The notes under the pieces were generated by a model that did not search any database, was not told where the DNA came from, and saw only the letters and a program-made list of their open reading frames with translations. From Nitrospirota bacterium (GTDB taxonomy: Bacteria > Nitrospirota > Nitrospiria > 2-01-FULL-66-17): DNA of 64,000 bases. Positions 32,656 through 42,999 of this stretch are shown here, one piece after another. Every line of letters starts with the position of its first letter. Position 1 is the stretch's first letter. Both the position numbers and the translations under genes were made by a program. The stretch lies in the NCBI GenBank assembly GCA_049325335.1, contig JBMOMC010000001.1, positions 128,001 to 192,000 of the forward strand, given 5' to 3'.

Positions 32656-33845
32656 TCCGGGACCCTCGTGACGATGTTCGAGAGGGTCATCCGCCGCTGT
32701 TTGCGCTCGTAGGCCTCGAGCAACATCCGCCGCAACGCGTCCGGAGATCCCGCGAACCCCACGTCGTCGCCGCTGCCGACGGCGCGAGCCAACGGGTTGT
32801 ACACGATGCCGGTCTTGCGGTACCGCGCCCCGAAGCTCAGTTGCAACATCGGCTGGGTCGCGACCATCGCGTCGCTTAACATCAGCGCCCGAATCATGCC
32901 GGCTGAATCCACCGAGTAGTACGCCCCAATCGTCTTATCCAGGGTGGGTTTGAGCAGGTCGTCGAAGATATCTTTTTCGTGCAACTCCTTCACCGCGAAG
33001 TTCAGGAACACAAAAAACACCGTCGTGGGCACGCCCAGTTTGCCGATCACCGCGAACACTTCCAGGAGTTGTTGACGGTTTCGCACGTGGTTGACGATCA
33101 CGATCCCCAAATGGTCCGCGGGAACCGCGATCTCCTTGTCAAACGTGTGTTGCATGTACACGTCTTCGATCGTGTCGATGCAGTACCGCTCCTTGAGGTC
33201 CTCCAGCACGAACACGCGGTCCGCGGACGCGCCGTCGGCGGTCAACGCCCCCCGCTCCCGTTCATCCTTCACGATGTAGTAGTCCAAGAGCTTCGGGAAG
33301 ATCGGCGGGACGTCCGACGTCGGGTACAGCAGGAGTCCGGCCACGGGCACCCGGTGTTCCTTGGCATAGAACATCACGTTGGTATAGAACACGTCCTGAA
33401 TCGGAGACGGGTGCTCGTGAAACGACGGGATCGGGAACACCATCAAGTCGTACGACTCCGTGATCTTCGGAAACACCGAAGCGGACACGTTCCACAGGAA
33501 ATCGTCGAACCCGACCATCTTCCACAACTTCATATCGGTGCCGGGAATCACGATATCGTGCGTGAGTTTGATGAAGGTTTTGGCGAAATTATCACGCTGC
33601 GCCATGGTCCAAAACCGCTCGTCCGCCTTGGTGAGCCGGACTCGCACCTCGGGCCGCCCGTGATACGACTCGGTGGCGGCTTGCGCCAGGCCGTCGTGGC
33701 ACGTCAGGATATCCACGCGGTGCCCGGCGTCGGCCAGCGCCCCGGCCAGCTTCAGCACGCGACCGCCGGTGGACTGGTGCTCCTTTTCCCCCAGCGGGAA
33801 CAGGATGCGACGCGCGGCGTTACGAGGCGGCGCGTTCTTGGGCAT
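32652..33845 (-). CDS. Hypothetical protein, possibly GT-B-like, in the glycosylation island
   Basis: 397-aa ORF coupled to neighbours; LAGALADAGHRVDILT resembles a GT-B N-terminus. Confidence 0.55.
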   Translation of the reverse strand: MPKNAPPRNAARRILFPLGEKEHQSTGGRVLKLAGALADAGHRVDILTCHDGLAQAATESYHGRPEVRVRLTKADERFWTMAQRDNFAKTFIKLTHDIVIPGTDMKLWKMVGFDDFLWNVSASVFPKITESYDLMVFPIPSFHEHPSPIQDVFYTNVMFYAKEHRVPVAGLLLYPTSDVPPIFPKLLDYYIVKDERERGALTADGASADRVFVLEDLKERYCIDTIEDVYMQHTFDKEIAVPADHLGIVIVNHVRNRQQLLEVFAVIGKLGVPTTVFFVFLNFAVKELHEKDIFDDLLKPTLDKTIGAYYSVDSAGMIRALMLSDAMVATQPMLQLSFGARYRKTGIVYNPLARAVGSGDDVGFAGSPDALRRMLLEAYERKQRRMTLSNIVTRVPE

Positions 33846-34389
33846 TCGAGGTCCGGGGGGTATTGATGGCCGTCATCACCTGGTACGCGCGTTGCACCAA
33901 GGGATTCTTGGTGGTCTCCGCGAGTTTGCGGACCACCTCCAGCGTCTGGAGCCTGGTCGCGGACTTGGCGTAGGCCAGCGGAATCAGCGTGGCGAACATT
34001 TCCCGCACGGGGCCGTCCCCGAAAAATTCGTATTCGTAGCGGGCGCGATCGGTTGATCCGTACGAGACCAAATACGACACCGCGGCGCCGAACATGTCGT
34101 CGAACCGCTTTTCTTCCCAACAATAGAGCGTCCGGAGAAAAAGCAGGTCCGCGTGATCCGGTTTGACGCGTAAGCCCTCGACGATGTACGCGTCGGCCTC
34201 GGCGCGCGCGCCTTGTTGCAGCGCGATCTTGGCCAACACCGCCAGGATGCGGAGGTAGACCACGTTGGTTCGGACTTTTTGCGAGGCCTCCACCCCCGCG
34301 AGCGCCGCGAGGAACGATTCTTTCGCGCGGTCGGTCAGGCCCGCCATCAGATACGTCACCGCGGTGTCGTAGTTGGCCTCATACCTCAT
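33820..34389 (-). CDS. TPR-like helical protein
   Basis: AKESFLAAL, GLRVKPDHADLLF; ATGA coupling with the upstream gene. Confidence 0.55.
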   Translation of the reverse strand: MRYEANYDTAVTYLMAGLTDRAKESFLAALAGVEASQKVRTNVVYLRILAVLAKIALQQGARAEADAYIVEGLRVKPDHADLLFLRTLYCWEEKRFDDMFGAAVSYLVSYGSTDRARYEYEFFGDGPVREMFATLIPLAYAKSATRLQTLEVVRKLAETTKNPLVQRAYQVMTAINTPRTSNAQERAAS

Positions 34390-35099
34390 GCCGCCTCCTC
34401 CATCACGGTCTCAGCCAGCCGGAAATCCAACGGAGTGTTAACGTCGAGCGACTCCGTCTCGTCCATCACGAAGGGAATCACCACGTCGCCGGTGGTCGAA
34501 CGTTTCTCGATCACGGTCGAGGGCTTGAAAATGTAAATGCTCGCGTTCTGGATATACACGTCGGGCAGCCGGTGATACGGCCAGGTCTGTCGGGCCACAC
34601 CGCCGGCCTCGCGCACAAACGGGTGGAGGTACAGTCCATCCGTCGTCCACATCTTGTAGGGGTGTTCGGAACACTTGCGGACCGACCGCAGGGAGTCGGC
34701 TTCCGGATGGGCTAACATGGCCTCCACCGCGCGATCAATGGATTCGGGCCGCCGAAAGGGGGAGGTGGGATACAACAGCACCACCAAATCCGGCACGTAT
34801 CCCTCGTGCGTCTGCAGCCACTGCAACGCGTGATCCACGCACTCCAGTTCCGTGGAATCCGCGGTCGCCAACCCGGCGGGTCGGCGAAACGGCGCCTCCG
34901 CGCCCCACGCCGTGGCCACGCGCGCAATCGGCTCCGCGTCGGTGGACACGATCACGCGGGTGAGTCGCCGCGCGCGCCGCGCAGCTTCGATGGTGTACGA
35001 GAGCAACGGCCGGCCGTGCAACGGCCGGATATTTTTTTTCGGCACCCGCTGCGACCCGCCGCGGGCGGGGATCAACCCCAATATCTGCGTCTCGCCCAT
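34386..35099 (-). CDS. neuA: Acylneuraminate (nonulosonate) cytidylyltransferase
   Basis: IPARGGSQRVPKKNI, VSTD, PFRRP, PTSPFR, SLDVNT. Confidence 0.92.
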   Translation of the reverse strand: MGETQILGLIPARGGSQRVPKKNIRPLHGRPLLSYTIEAARRARRLTRVIVSTDAEPIARVATAWGAEAPFRRPAGLATADSTELECVDHALQWLQTHEGYVPDLVVLLYPTSPFRRPESIDRAVEAMLAHPEADSLRSVRKCSEHPYKMWTTDGLYLHPFVREAGGVARQTWPYHRLPDVYIQNASIYIFKPSTVIEKRSTTGDVVIPFVMDETESLDVNTPLDFRLAETVMEEAA

Positions 35100-35102
35100 C
35101 CC

Positions 35103-35975
35103 TCACCTCGCAAACAGGCAGTTCGTGACGAACGGCCCCGGATGAAACGGATTCTGATTGTGCACGTATTCCGCGCACAGCTTGAAGCCGGCCCGTTCGA
35201 GCAAACCCGTGATCAGCCCGCCGCCCGGTCGGCCGGTTTCGGTTTCCACCAAAATGGTGCGCAGCAGAGGGTTCGCCACTGTCGCGGCCGCGCCGGTCAA
35301 AATTGCGTATTCGATGCCGTCCACGTCCAACTTGATGTGCCGCGGTTGGGGAATCGCGAACTGTGCGATGAAATCATCCAAGCGGTACCCGAGAATGGGT
35401 TGGCTGTACACGGCGGCGCGCCGCGCGGGCGCCTCCGACGACACCAACTCGTGCAACGCCGCGCCGCTCTCCAGGCTGCCGTACTGCAACGAAGCCAACC
35501 CGGTGCGGTCCGCCAACGCCGCGTGGATCGGGATCACGACGCCTTGAGCCCCATTGAGCGCCACGTTGCGGCTCAGTTGCGCGAAGGTGGCGAACGACGG
35601 TTCGAACGCGTACACCGTGGTCCGCCCGGCCTTGGCGCGCGCGATCGCCAACGCGTACGCGCCCACGTTGGCGCCGATGTCGAAGACCACGTCGCCGGGT
35701 TGGATCCACTGCTCGATCCACCGCGCCATCTCGGGTTCCTTGGCCGCCGAGCGGGTGCGTTTGTCGTATTCGACCCACGACTCCACGTGCAGGAGCACGG
35801 GCCGCGCGGGGTAGTCCATGGGGCGGATCACGGTGAGCGCCTGTTTGATCGCCAACCGCCAGGCGTCGGGCAGCCCGCCCAACACGCGCCGCAGCGCCCC
35901 CACCGCGGCGACAAACGCCTTGCCCCGCCACCTGGGCGCCCACACCCACCGGTATCGCAGCGCGACGGAGCTCAT
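35103..35975 (-). CDS. FkbM family methyltransferase
   Basis: KEPE, VFDIGANVG, YAFEP, IKLDVDGIE. Confidence 0.9.
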   Translation of the reverse strand: MSSVALRYRWVWAPRWRGKAFVAAVGALRRVLGGLPDAWRLAIKQALTVIRPMDYPARPVLLHVESWVEYDKRTRSAAKEPEMARWIEQWIQPGDVVFDIGANVGAYALAIARAKAGRTTVYAFEPSFATFAQLSRNVALNGAQGVVIPIHAALADRTGLASLQYGSLESGAALHELVSSEAPARRAAVYSQPILGYRLDDFIAQFAIPQPRHIKLDVDGIEYAILTGAAATVANPLLRTILVETETGRPGGGLITGLLERAGFKLCAEYVHNQNPFHPGPFVTNCLFAR

Positions 35976-37894
35976 CCCTTGACCGGAGACAGCGCGGCCT
36001 TGACCGTCCGCGCGATGCTCTCCCCGTCCAACCCGTGAAAGTGCAACACTTCGGCCGGGGCCCCGCACACGGGCATCCCGGAGACCGCCAGTTTGCGGAA
36101 ACGCCGGTCGCGGAGCGCGTCAGACTCCAGCACCAGATTGGCCAAATGATCCCCCAGGCCGCCGACCGGCGCATGGTTGTCCATCACCGCGATCACGGCG
36201 CAGGCGCCCACCGTCTCCTCGAACCAGCGCGGGTCCACGCGATTGAGCCACGGAAGGTTCACCACTTTGAGCGAGACGCCGTCGGAGGCCAACCGCTCCG
36301 CGGCATGGAGTGCCTCGTACACCATCACGGGGCCGTATGCGAACACCACCGCGTCATGCCCCTCGCGCAGCGCCACCCCGCGCCCCTCGGTCACGCGATA
36401 GTCGTCGGGAAGGTGGATCGGCCCCGGCGAGGGAAACAACGACAGCCGCAGCATGCACGATTCGCGGGCCTCGTTCACGCACCAATCCAACAGCCACGCG
36501 GCCTCTGCGGCGTTGCACGGTTCCACCGCGACGCAACGGGGCAGCGCCCCGAACAACGAGAGGTCTCGAACCGCCTGGTGGGATTGCCCCGCCCCCGCGG
36601 GCAACACCCCGGCATAGTTGCACACGTACAGAACCTTGGTGCCTTCCGACGCGTTGTTGTAAATCTGCTCGTTGGCTCGAGCCGCGAGAAACGCCGAAAA
36701 GGAGTGCACGATCGGCAGATACCCCTGGAGCGCCAAGCCCCCGGCCATGGACACCATGTCTTGTTCCGCGATGCCGTGTTCGACGAACCGGGCGGGAAAC
36801 CGCTCCTCGAACGCCCGCAGCCCGCAATCCGCCGACAGATCCGCGTCGAGCACCACCACGTCCTTACGGCGCTCCCCGATGTCCGTCAACGCCCGGCCGT
36901 ACGCCGTCACGATGCGTTCATCCGAGACCGGGTAGGCGGGACGGCGCTCGACCGCCGGATACTCCAACGCCACGGGGGCGACGCGGCGGTCGCGCAGCCA
37001 CGCGTCGGCCCGGTCCGTTAATTCGCGCACGGCTCGGCCGAACGACTCGTCGTCCGGCGCGCCGGAGTGCCACCGGTACAAGCCGTCGGTCATGGCGGTG
37101 TGCTCCATGAACGACACCCCTTTGCCCTTAATCGTGTCGGCGATCAGGATCTGCGGACGGCCGGTGACCCCGCGCAACGTATTAAACACCTGCCGCAACA
37201 CACGGACGTCATGCCCGTTGCAGCGCTCCACGTGCCATCCGAACGCGCGCAGTTTAGCTTCCAGATCCCCTAGATCCGAAATCTCTTTGACCGGCCGGTC
37301 GGTCTGAATGGTGTTCGCGTCCACGATCACGGTCAACGCGTCCATGCGCTGGTGGGCGGTCGCGCGCAACGCTTCCCAGATCTGCCCCTCTTGGAATTCG
37401 CCGTCCCCGGTGAGCACGAACACTTTGCCACCGCGACCGGACAACCGCTTGGCGTACGCGATGCCCCGCGCCTTGGAGATCCCCATGCCCAACGACCCGC
37501 AGTTGGCCTCGATACCCGGCGTGGTGATCTCCGGGTGCCCCTCCAACCCGCCCAACCGCCGCAACGTGAGCAACGCCCGCGCATCCAACACCCCGGCCGC
37601 GCACAACACCGCGTACTGCGCGGGCGCATCGTGGCCTTTGGACGAGAAAAAAATGTCCCGATTCGGATTGTCGAGCCCCAACTTCGTGGTGTTGAGTTCT
37701 TCGAAATAGAGGTAGGTGAAGAGGTCCATCGAACTCAGGCTGCTGCCGATATGGCCGGATCCCGCGCGTTTGATCGCGGACAAGGCGTTGAGGCGACACA
37801 GGTCGCTGACGATCGTGAGACGATCAAAGCGATCCAGCCCCGCTTCCATGAGCCGGCGGAACTCCGACGCCGGAACAAACGGAATCCCGTTCAT
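35972..37894 (-). CDS. Transketolase-like TPP enzyme (N- and C-terminal parts fused)
   Basis: GSGHIGSSLS, SKGH, GSLGMG, GDGEFQEGQIWE, TIKGKG, GIAEQDM, SHQ. Confidence 0.9.
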   Translation of the reverse strand: MNGIPFVPASEFRRLMEAGLDRFDRLTIVSDLCRLNALSAIKRAGSGHIGSSLSSMDLFTYLYFEELNTTKLGLDNPNRDIFFSSKGHDAPAQYAVLCAAGVLDARALLTLRRLGGLEGHPEITTPGIEANCGSLGMGISKARGIAYAKRLSGRGGKVFVLTGDGEFQEGQIWEALRATAHQRMDALTVIVDANTIQTDRPVKEISDLGDLEAKLRAFGWHVERCNGHDVRVLRQVFNTLRGVTGRPQILIADTIKGKGVSFMEHTAMTDGLYRWHSGAPDDESFGRAVRELTDRADAWLRDRRVAPVALEYPAVERRPAYPVSDERIVTAYGRALTDIGERRKDVVVLDADLSADCGLRAFEERFPARFVEHGIAEQDMVSMAGGLALQGYLPIVHSFSAFLAARANEQIYNNASEGTKVLYVCNYAGVLPAGAGQSHQAVRDLSLFGALPRCVAVEPCNAAEAAWLLDWCVNEARESCMLRLSLFPSPGPIHLPDDYRVTEGRGVALREGHDAVVFAYGPVMVYEALHAAERLASDGVSLKVVNLPWLNRVDPRWFEETVGACAVIAVMDNHAPVGGLGDHLANLVLESDALRDRRFRKLAVSGMPVCGAPAEVLHFHGLDGESIARTVKAALSPVKG

Positions 37895-39396
37895 GACGCT
37901 CTCCTTTCACCGTCCGCCACGAATTGCACGTTCTGAATCCTCGCGCTGTAATCCACGTACAAGGTTTTGACCTCGGAAAAGGCTTCGATAGCGGCCCACC
38001 CGGCCTCGCGATGGCCGAGCCCCGACTGTTTCAGCCCGCCGAACGGAAGGTGGGCTTCGGACCCGAACGTGGGCGCGTTGACGTAACACACGCCCGCTTC
38101 CGCGTCGGCGAAAAACGCGAACGCCTGGTTCACGTCCGCGGTAAACACCGACGCGGCCAGCCCGTACAAGGACGTGTTGTGAATGCGGATCGCGTCTTCA
38201 TAGGATTCGGCCGGGAACACGGTCAACACCGGGCCGAACACCTCCTCGCGCGCGATCTCCATATCCGGCGACACCTGATCCACGATCGTAGGCGCCACGT
38301 AATACCCCTGGTCGTACACGCCGCCTTTCAACCGCTCTCCGCCCACGACGATGCGGCCGCCTTCGGCGCGGCAGCGCGCGAGATACCCCATCACGCGATC
38401 ACACTGCGCGCGGCTGATCAGCGGGGTCACATCCGACAGCGCGTCCGAGCCCGGGCCCACGCGAAGCGCGGACGTGCGCCGAATCACCCGGTCCAACACC
38501 GCCGTGTACACGGATCGGTGCACGATCACCCGGCTGGTCGCGGTGCACCGCTGTCCGGACAGGGAAAACGCCCCGGAGACCACGCCCTCCGCGGCCAAGT
38601 CCAGATCCGCGTCCGGCATCACGATCACGGCGTTTTTCCCGCCAAGCTCCAGGGACACTTTGGCGAGCCGGGCCGCGCAGTTGGCGGCCACGATCCGACC
38701 GACCGCGCTGGAGCCGGTGAACGAAATCATGGCCACCTGCGGATGCCGGGTCAGCGCCTCGCCCGCTTCGGGGCCCTCGCCGTGCACCACGTTGAACACG
38801 CCGGGCGGCAACCCCGCGTCGTGGAGAATTTCGGCCAACCGCACCGCGGTCTCGGGCGTGCGTTCCTCCGACTTGAGCACCACGGTGTTGCCGCACACCA
38901 GCGCCGGAAACGCCTTCCAGCACGTAATGGCCATCGGAAAATTCCACGACGTGATGATGCCGACCACCCCGATCGGCGCGCGCGTGGTCATGGCGAACCG
39001 CCGCCGCAATCCCGAGTGCGTGGTGCGCCCGTACCAGCGTTTGCCCTCGCCGGCCGCGAACTTGGCCATCTCAACCCCGGACTGTACATCGCCCACCGCG
39101 GCTTTGACGGTTTTCCCGTTTTCCCGCGAGATCACTTCCGCCAGGTCGTTGCGCCGCGCGGCAAGCGCGCGACCCGCCTCGGCGATCAGGTCCGCCCGGT
39201 CGGACGGCGATACCGCCGCCCACTCGCCGCGCGCCTTCACCGCGGCCGCGACCGCGCGGTCCACGTCGCGCGCGGTTGAGCGCGGATACACGCCCAAGAC
39301 GGACGCGATGTCCGACGGGTTGACGTTCTCGAAGGTCCGCCCCGACTCGGAGGGCGCCCATTGGCCGCCGATGTAATTGTGATAGGTCTGCGCCAT
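37891..39396 (-). CDS. Aldehyde dehydrogenase
   Basis: SWNFP, FTGS, LELGGKN, GQRCTA, EEVFGP, PFGG. Confidence 0.95.
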   Translation of the reverse strand: MAQTYHNYIGGQWAPSESGRTFENVNPSDIASVLGVYPRSTARDVDRAVAAAVKARGEWAAVSPSDRADLIAEAGRALAARRNDLAEVISRENGKTVKAAVGDVQSGVEMAKFAAGEGKRWYGRTTHSGLRRRFAMTTRAPIGVVGIITSWNFPMAITCWKAFPALVCGNTVVLKSEERTPETAVRLAEILHDAGLPPGVFNVVHGEGPEAGEALTRHPQVAMISFTGSSAVGRIVAANCAARLAKVSLELGGKNAVIVMPDADLDLAAEGVVSGAFSLSGQRCTATSRVIVHRSVYTAVLDRVIRRTSALRVGPGSDALSDVTPLISRAQCDRVMGYLARCRAEGGRIVVGGERLKGGVYDQGYYVAPTIVDQVSPDMEIAREEVFGPVLTVFPAESYEDAIRIHNTSLYGLAASVFTADVNQAFAFFADAEAGVCYVNAPTFGSEAHLPFGGLKQSGLGHREAGWAAIEAFSEVKTLYVDYSARIQNVQFVADGERRAS

Positions 39397-39407
39397 GCGG
39401 AGCCTCC

Positions 39408-40235
39408 TCACCAACAGCTATAACCGCCGTCCACCACCAGGTTCGCGCCGGTCATGTAGGACGACGCGTCCGAACAGAGAAAGAGCACCGCCGCGTTGTA
39501 TTCGTCGGGACGCGCCATCCGCCCCAGCGGCACCTTCTGGCTGTATCGTTTCACGAACAGGTCGTCCTGTCGGTTGTAGACGCCGCCCAACGTGAGCGTG
39601 TTGACCCGCACGTTGCGGGCGGCCCAATAGGTGGCCAAATACCGCGTCAGATTGAGGATTCCGGCTTTGGTCGCTGAATACGCCGCGGGCTTTACGAACG
39701 GCGTGTCCCGACGCTGATCCTCGTAGATGCGCTGATCCGGCGACAACAGCCCGTAGATCGAGGAGATGTTAATGATGCTGCCGCCCCGGCCCGCGGCCAT
39801 CGCGCCGCCAACCACTTGGCAACACAAAAACACCCCGGTCAGGTTCACGTCCACCATCGCGCGCCACGAGGCTTCCTGGTAGGTCTCAAACGGCCCGGTG
39901 TCGTTCCGGCCGGCATTGGGCGGAGCGTCGATCGCCGCGTTGTTGATCAAGATCGACGGTTCGCCGAATCGCGCGCGCACCGCGGCCAACCCCTCCTCGA
40001 TCGACGCCTTGCGGCTCACGTCCACGGCCGCGGTCATGACGCGATCCGTGGGCAGGTTCGCGAGCGCGGACTTGGGGTTCTCCGGCGCCACGTCGAACGC
40101 GGCCACGCGCGCGCCCGCGTCCGCCAACGCCGCGGCGTACTGGCCGCCCAGTTGGCCCGCCGCACCGGTGACCACCGCGATCCGGTCCGACAGATCGAAC
40201 CGGACGCGCGTGCGGACCTCGCACTCGGGTGTCAT
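39408..40235 (-). CDS. Short-chain dehydrogenase/reductase
   Basis: VTGAAGQLG, NNAA, ISSIYG..SPDQRIY, YSATK, YMTGANLVVDGG; ATGA coupling. Confidence 0.93.
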   Translation of the reverse strand: MTPECEVRTRVRFDLSDRIAVVTGAAGQLGGQYAAALADAGARVAAFDVAPENPKSALANLPTDRVMTAAVDVSRKASIEEGLAAVRARFGEPSILINNAAIDAPPNAGRNDTGPFETYQEASWRAMVDVNLTGVFLCCQVVGGAMAAGRGGSIINISSIYGLLSPDQRIYEDQRRDTPFVKPAAYSATKAGILNLTRYLATYWAARNVRVNTLTLGGVYNRQDDLFVKRYSQKVPLGRMARPDEYNAAVLFLCSDASSYMTGANLVVDGGYSCW

Positions 40236-42469
40236 GCCGCCACCGCCTGGCGGACGCGCGCCGTGTCGCAATACCGCCGCCACATCGTCCGATACGCCTC
40301 CTCCAGCGCGCGAGTAAACGCGGCGCCGCCGCACAACGGGGATGCCGCCATGCGCCCGCGCAACTCGGAGCGCACCGCGGCCAACCGGCCCGGATCGCGC
40401 GCCCACGCGGTGGCGATCCGTACGTACGCGTCCGAATCCCCCGCCACCAGATCCGCCAGGCCCACCCGCGAGACCAGGCTCGCCGACATGCGCCCCGCGT
40501 GGCGCGCGCCGAGGAGGGTCACCACCGGCACGCCCATCCACAAGGCCTCGCAGGTGGTGGTGTGTCCGTTCCACGGAAACGCGTCCAACGCCACGTCGAT
40601 CTGGTGGTACACGGAGAGAAAACTCGCGCCGACCGACCGCGTGTTGAACAGGTCCACGCGCGACGGGTCGATCCCGCGCGCGACGAATGCCGCGCGATAC
40701 CGCTCTTGCACCGCGCCCTTGAGCGTGTTGCGAAACACCAGCAGCCGCGACGAGGGAGTGGCGTCCAACACGCGGCACCACAGGGCGATCACCTCGTCGT
40801 TGAGTTTGGCCAAATCATTGAGGGACCCGAACGTCACCGCGCCGCGCGAACCCGCGGGTGACGCCGACACCGGCGGCGCGTCGTGGTCGGGCTCATAACA
40901 CGCGAAGCCGTTGGGCAGGCGGACCAGCGCTTCGCTGTAGTACGCCTCCTGCCCCGGCGGATCCGCGATCGCGTCGGTGAGACGGTAGTCCACCGTGTTC
41001 AGCCCGGTGGTGTTGGGGTATCCGAGATACGTCGCTTGGATCGGCGCGGGCTTCTGCGCCAACACCAACAACCGGTTCTTGCGCGTGTGACCGGCCAAGT
41101 CAACCAGGATGTCGATGTGATCCGACCGGATGAGGTCCGCCACCTCGCCGTCCGAACGGCCGCAGATGTCGCGCCACGAGCCGGACAACCCGCGCAAGCG
41201 CTCGGTCACCGCGTCTGTCGCGCCGACGTCCGCGTAACACGTCACCTCGACGTCGGTCCGGTTGTGGTACGACAAGATCGGCGCGAGAAAACACGCCACC
41301 GGATGACGGCGAAAATCCGGCGACAGATACCCGATACGCAGCCGCCGATCCGGGGTGCGGTCCGTCCGGTCCGACGGCGCGATCACCGCGAGGCCGGCGT
41401 GCGTCGCGGCCCATCGGCGGTGTTCGGCGAACAACTCCTCGGACGAGACCGCCGGGTGATAGTTGAGCGTGTAGACGAGGTTGCTGTGCGCCTCGACGAA
41501 CCCCGGGGCCAGACGGATCGCCTCGCGATAGTCCGCGAGCGCCCCGTCGATCTCACCCGCGTCTTTATACGCGTTTCCCCGATTGTTGTACGCCTCGGCG
41601 AACGACGGATTGGCAGCCAGCGCGCGCGCAAAACACGGCAACGCCTCATCCACCTCGCCCAACTCTTGGAGCGCCAAGCCGAGGTTATTGTGCGCCTCGG
41701 CGAGTTCGGGAACGATCGCCAGCGCCCTGCGGTAGGAGGCCATCGCCTCGTCATACCGTCCGAGATCCCGCAGCAGATTCCCCACGTTGTTGTGCGCTTC
41801 CGGAAACTCCGGGTTCAATCGCAACGCGTCGCCGTACGCGGCAACCGCCGCGTCGGATCGTCCCTGCGCGCGCAGGACGTTGCCCAGGCTGTAGTGGGCC
41901 TGCGCGAACTCGGGTTTGAGACGAATCGCGGCTCGAAAACACGCGGCCGCTTCGTCCCACCGGCCCTGCGCGCGCAACGTGTTGCCCAGGCTGTAATGGG
42001 CCTTGACGTGTTCGGGCCACTGCGTCAGCAACGCGCGAAAACAGGCCTCGGCCTCCGCCGACCGCCCCCCGCTTTTGAGCGCCGCGCCCAATCGGTACTG
42101 GATATCCGCCACCGTGGGCGCCAGGTCCCGGGCCCACCCCAATAAGTCGATCGCCGCGTCCCACCGGCCCTGGCCGTACAACAAACTCCCCAGTCCGGCG
42201 TAGAACGACGCCTCGATGGCGGCCAACGGCAACGGCAACGCGGGCCCGGCGCCTCCGTCGGAGTTCGCCCCTCGGCAATGGGCGAGCAGTCCGTTCAAAT
42301 GGAGCGCGTACGGATCATCCGGACTGGCCCGCAGGAGATTTCGACACCAAGTCTCGGCCTCCTCGATCCGTCCGGCGCGATACGCGCGCGCGGCGGACGT
42401 GAGCGTCTCGGCGCGTCCTCCGGACGCGCCGTCCCGAATCGCGACCGTATCAGGAACCGCGCGGCTCAT
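40232..42469 (-). CDS. TPR-containing GT41 (OGT/SPINDLY-like) protein glycosyltransferase
   Basis: Multiple TPRs, then LRIGYLSPDFRRHPV, DILVDLAGHT, APIQATYLGYPNTTG, FGSLNDLAK, GHTTTCEALWMGVPV. Confidence 0.92.
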   Translation of the reverse strand: MSRAVPDTVAIRDGASGGRAETLTSAARAYRAGRIEEAETWCRNLLRASPDDPYALHLNGLLAHCRGANSDGGAGPALPLPLAAIEASFYAGLGSLLYGQGRWDAAIDLLGWARDLAPTVADIQYRLGAALKSGGRSAEAEACFRALLTQWPEHVKAHYSLGNTLRAQGRWDEAAACFRAAIRLKPEFAQAHYSLGNVLRAQGRSDAAVAAYGDALRLNPEFPEAHNNVGNLLRDLGRYDEAMASYRRALAIVPELAEAHNNLGLALQELGEVDEALPCFARALAANPSFAEAYNNRGNAYKDAGEIDGALADYREAIRLAPGFVEAHSNLVYTLNYHPAVSSEELFAEHRRWAATHAGLAVIAPSDRTDRTPDRRLRIGYLSPDFRRHPVACFLAPILSYHNRTDVEVTCYADVGATDAVTERLRGLSGSWRDICGRSDGEVADLIRSDHIDILVDLAGHTRKNRLLVLAQKPAPIQATYLGYPNTTGLNTVDYRLTDAIADPPGQEAYYSEALVRLPNGFACYEPDHDAPPVSASPAGSRGAVTFGSLNDLAKLNDEVIALWCRVLDATPSSRLLVFRNTLKGAVQERYRAAFVARGIDPSRVDLFNTRSVGASFLSVYHQIDVALDAFPWNGHTTTCEALWMGVPVVTLLGARHAGRMSASLVSRVGLADLVAGDSDAYVRIATAWARDPGRLAAVRSELRGRMAASPLCGGAAFTRALEEAYRTMWRRYCDTARVRQAVAA

Positions 42470-42999
42470 GCCGGCACGTCCATCGCGACGCGATGCGACG
42501 CGAGCAGCCAATCGCACAGCTCCCGCACCGCGCCTTCCCCGCCGCGGCGCTCGGTCACCCACGCCGCGGCGCGGAGCGCGTCCGGGTGGGAATCGCGCAC
42601 GCACACCGGGACCCCGACCATAATGAGGCAGTCCACGTCATTGACGTCATTGCCCAGGTACGCCGCGTCCGACAGGGGCACGCCCAACCGTTCCGCCTCC
42701 GCGCGCAGCGTCTCGGCCTTGCGCTCGCACCCCTGAATGCAGCGCACCCCGAGTTTCTCGCACCGCACGGTCACGATCGGATTTTTCTCGGCGGAGAGCA
42801 CCAACGCGTCGATGCCCCGGCGCGCGAGGGCTTGCAACCCCAGGCCGTCCGCGCGACTGCACCAGACCGCTTCCCGACCGTCCTGAAACACCAACACGCG
42901 GTTGTCCGTGAATACGCCGTCGAAATCAAACACCGCCAGACGCACCGACCCGACGCGGACGCCCGGTGTCCGACGACGCGCCGTGGTCGCGCGCTTCAC
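42466..42999 (-). CDS. KdsC-like HAD phosphatase (nonulosonate-9-phosphate phosphatase)
   Basis: FDFDGVFTD, DGLG, YLGNDVND, GGEGAVRE. Confidence 0.9.
   Translation of the reverse strand: MKRATTARRRTPGVRVGSVRLAVFDFDGVFTDNRVLVFQDGREAVWCSRADGLGLQALARRGIDALVLSAEKNPIVTVRCEKLGVRCIQGCERKAETLRAEAERLGVPLSDAAYLGNDVNDVDCLIMVGVPVCVRDSHPDALRAAAWVTERRGGEGAVRELCDWLLASHRVAMDVPA

Noticed and set aside
40236..40781. Extension of the SDR ORF to 457 aa
   Set aside because: Overlaps the GT41 gene in another frame; the coupled start is at 40235.
41862..42003. Near-identical segments of about 40 bp, 102 bp apart
   Set aside because: Adjacent 34-aa TPR units within a coding gene; not CRISPR and ordinary for TPR proteins.
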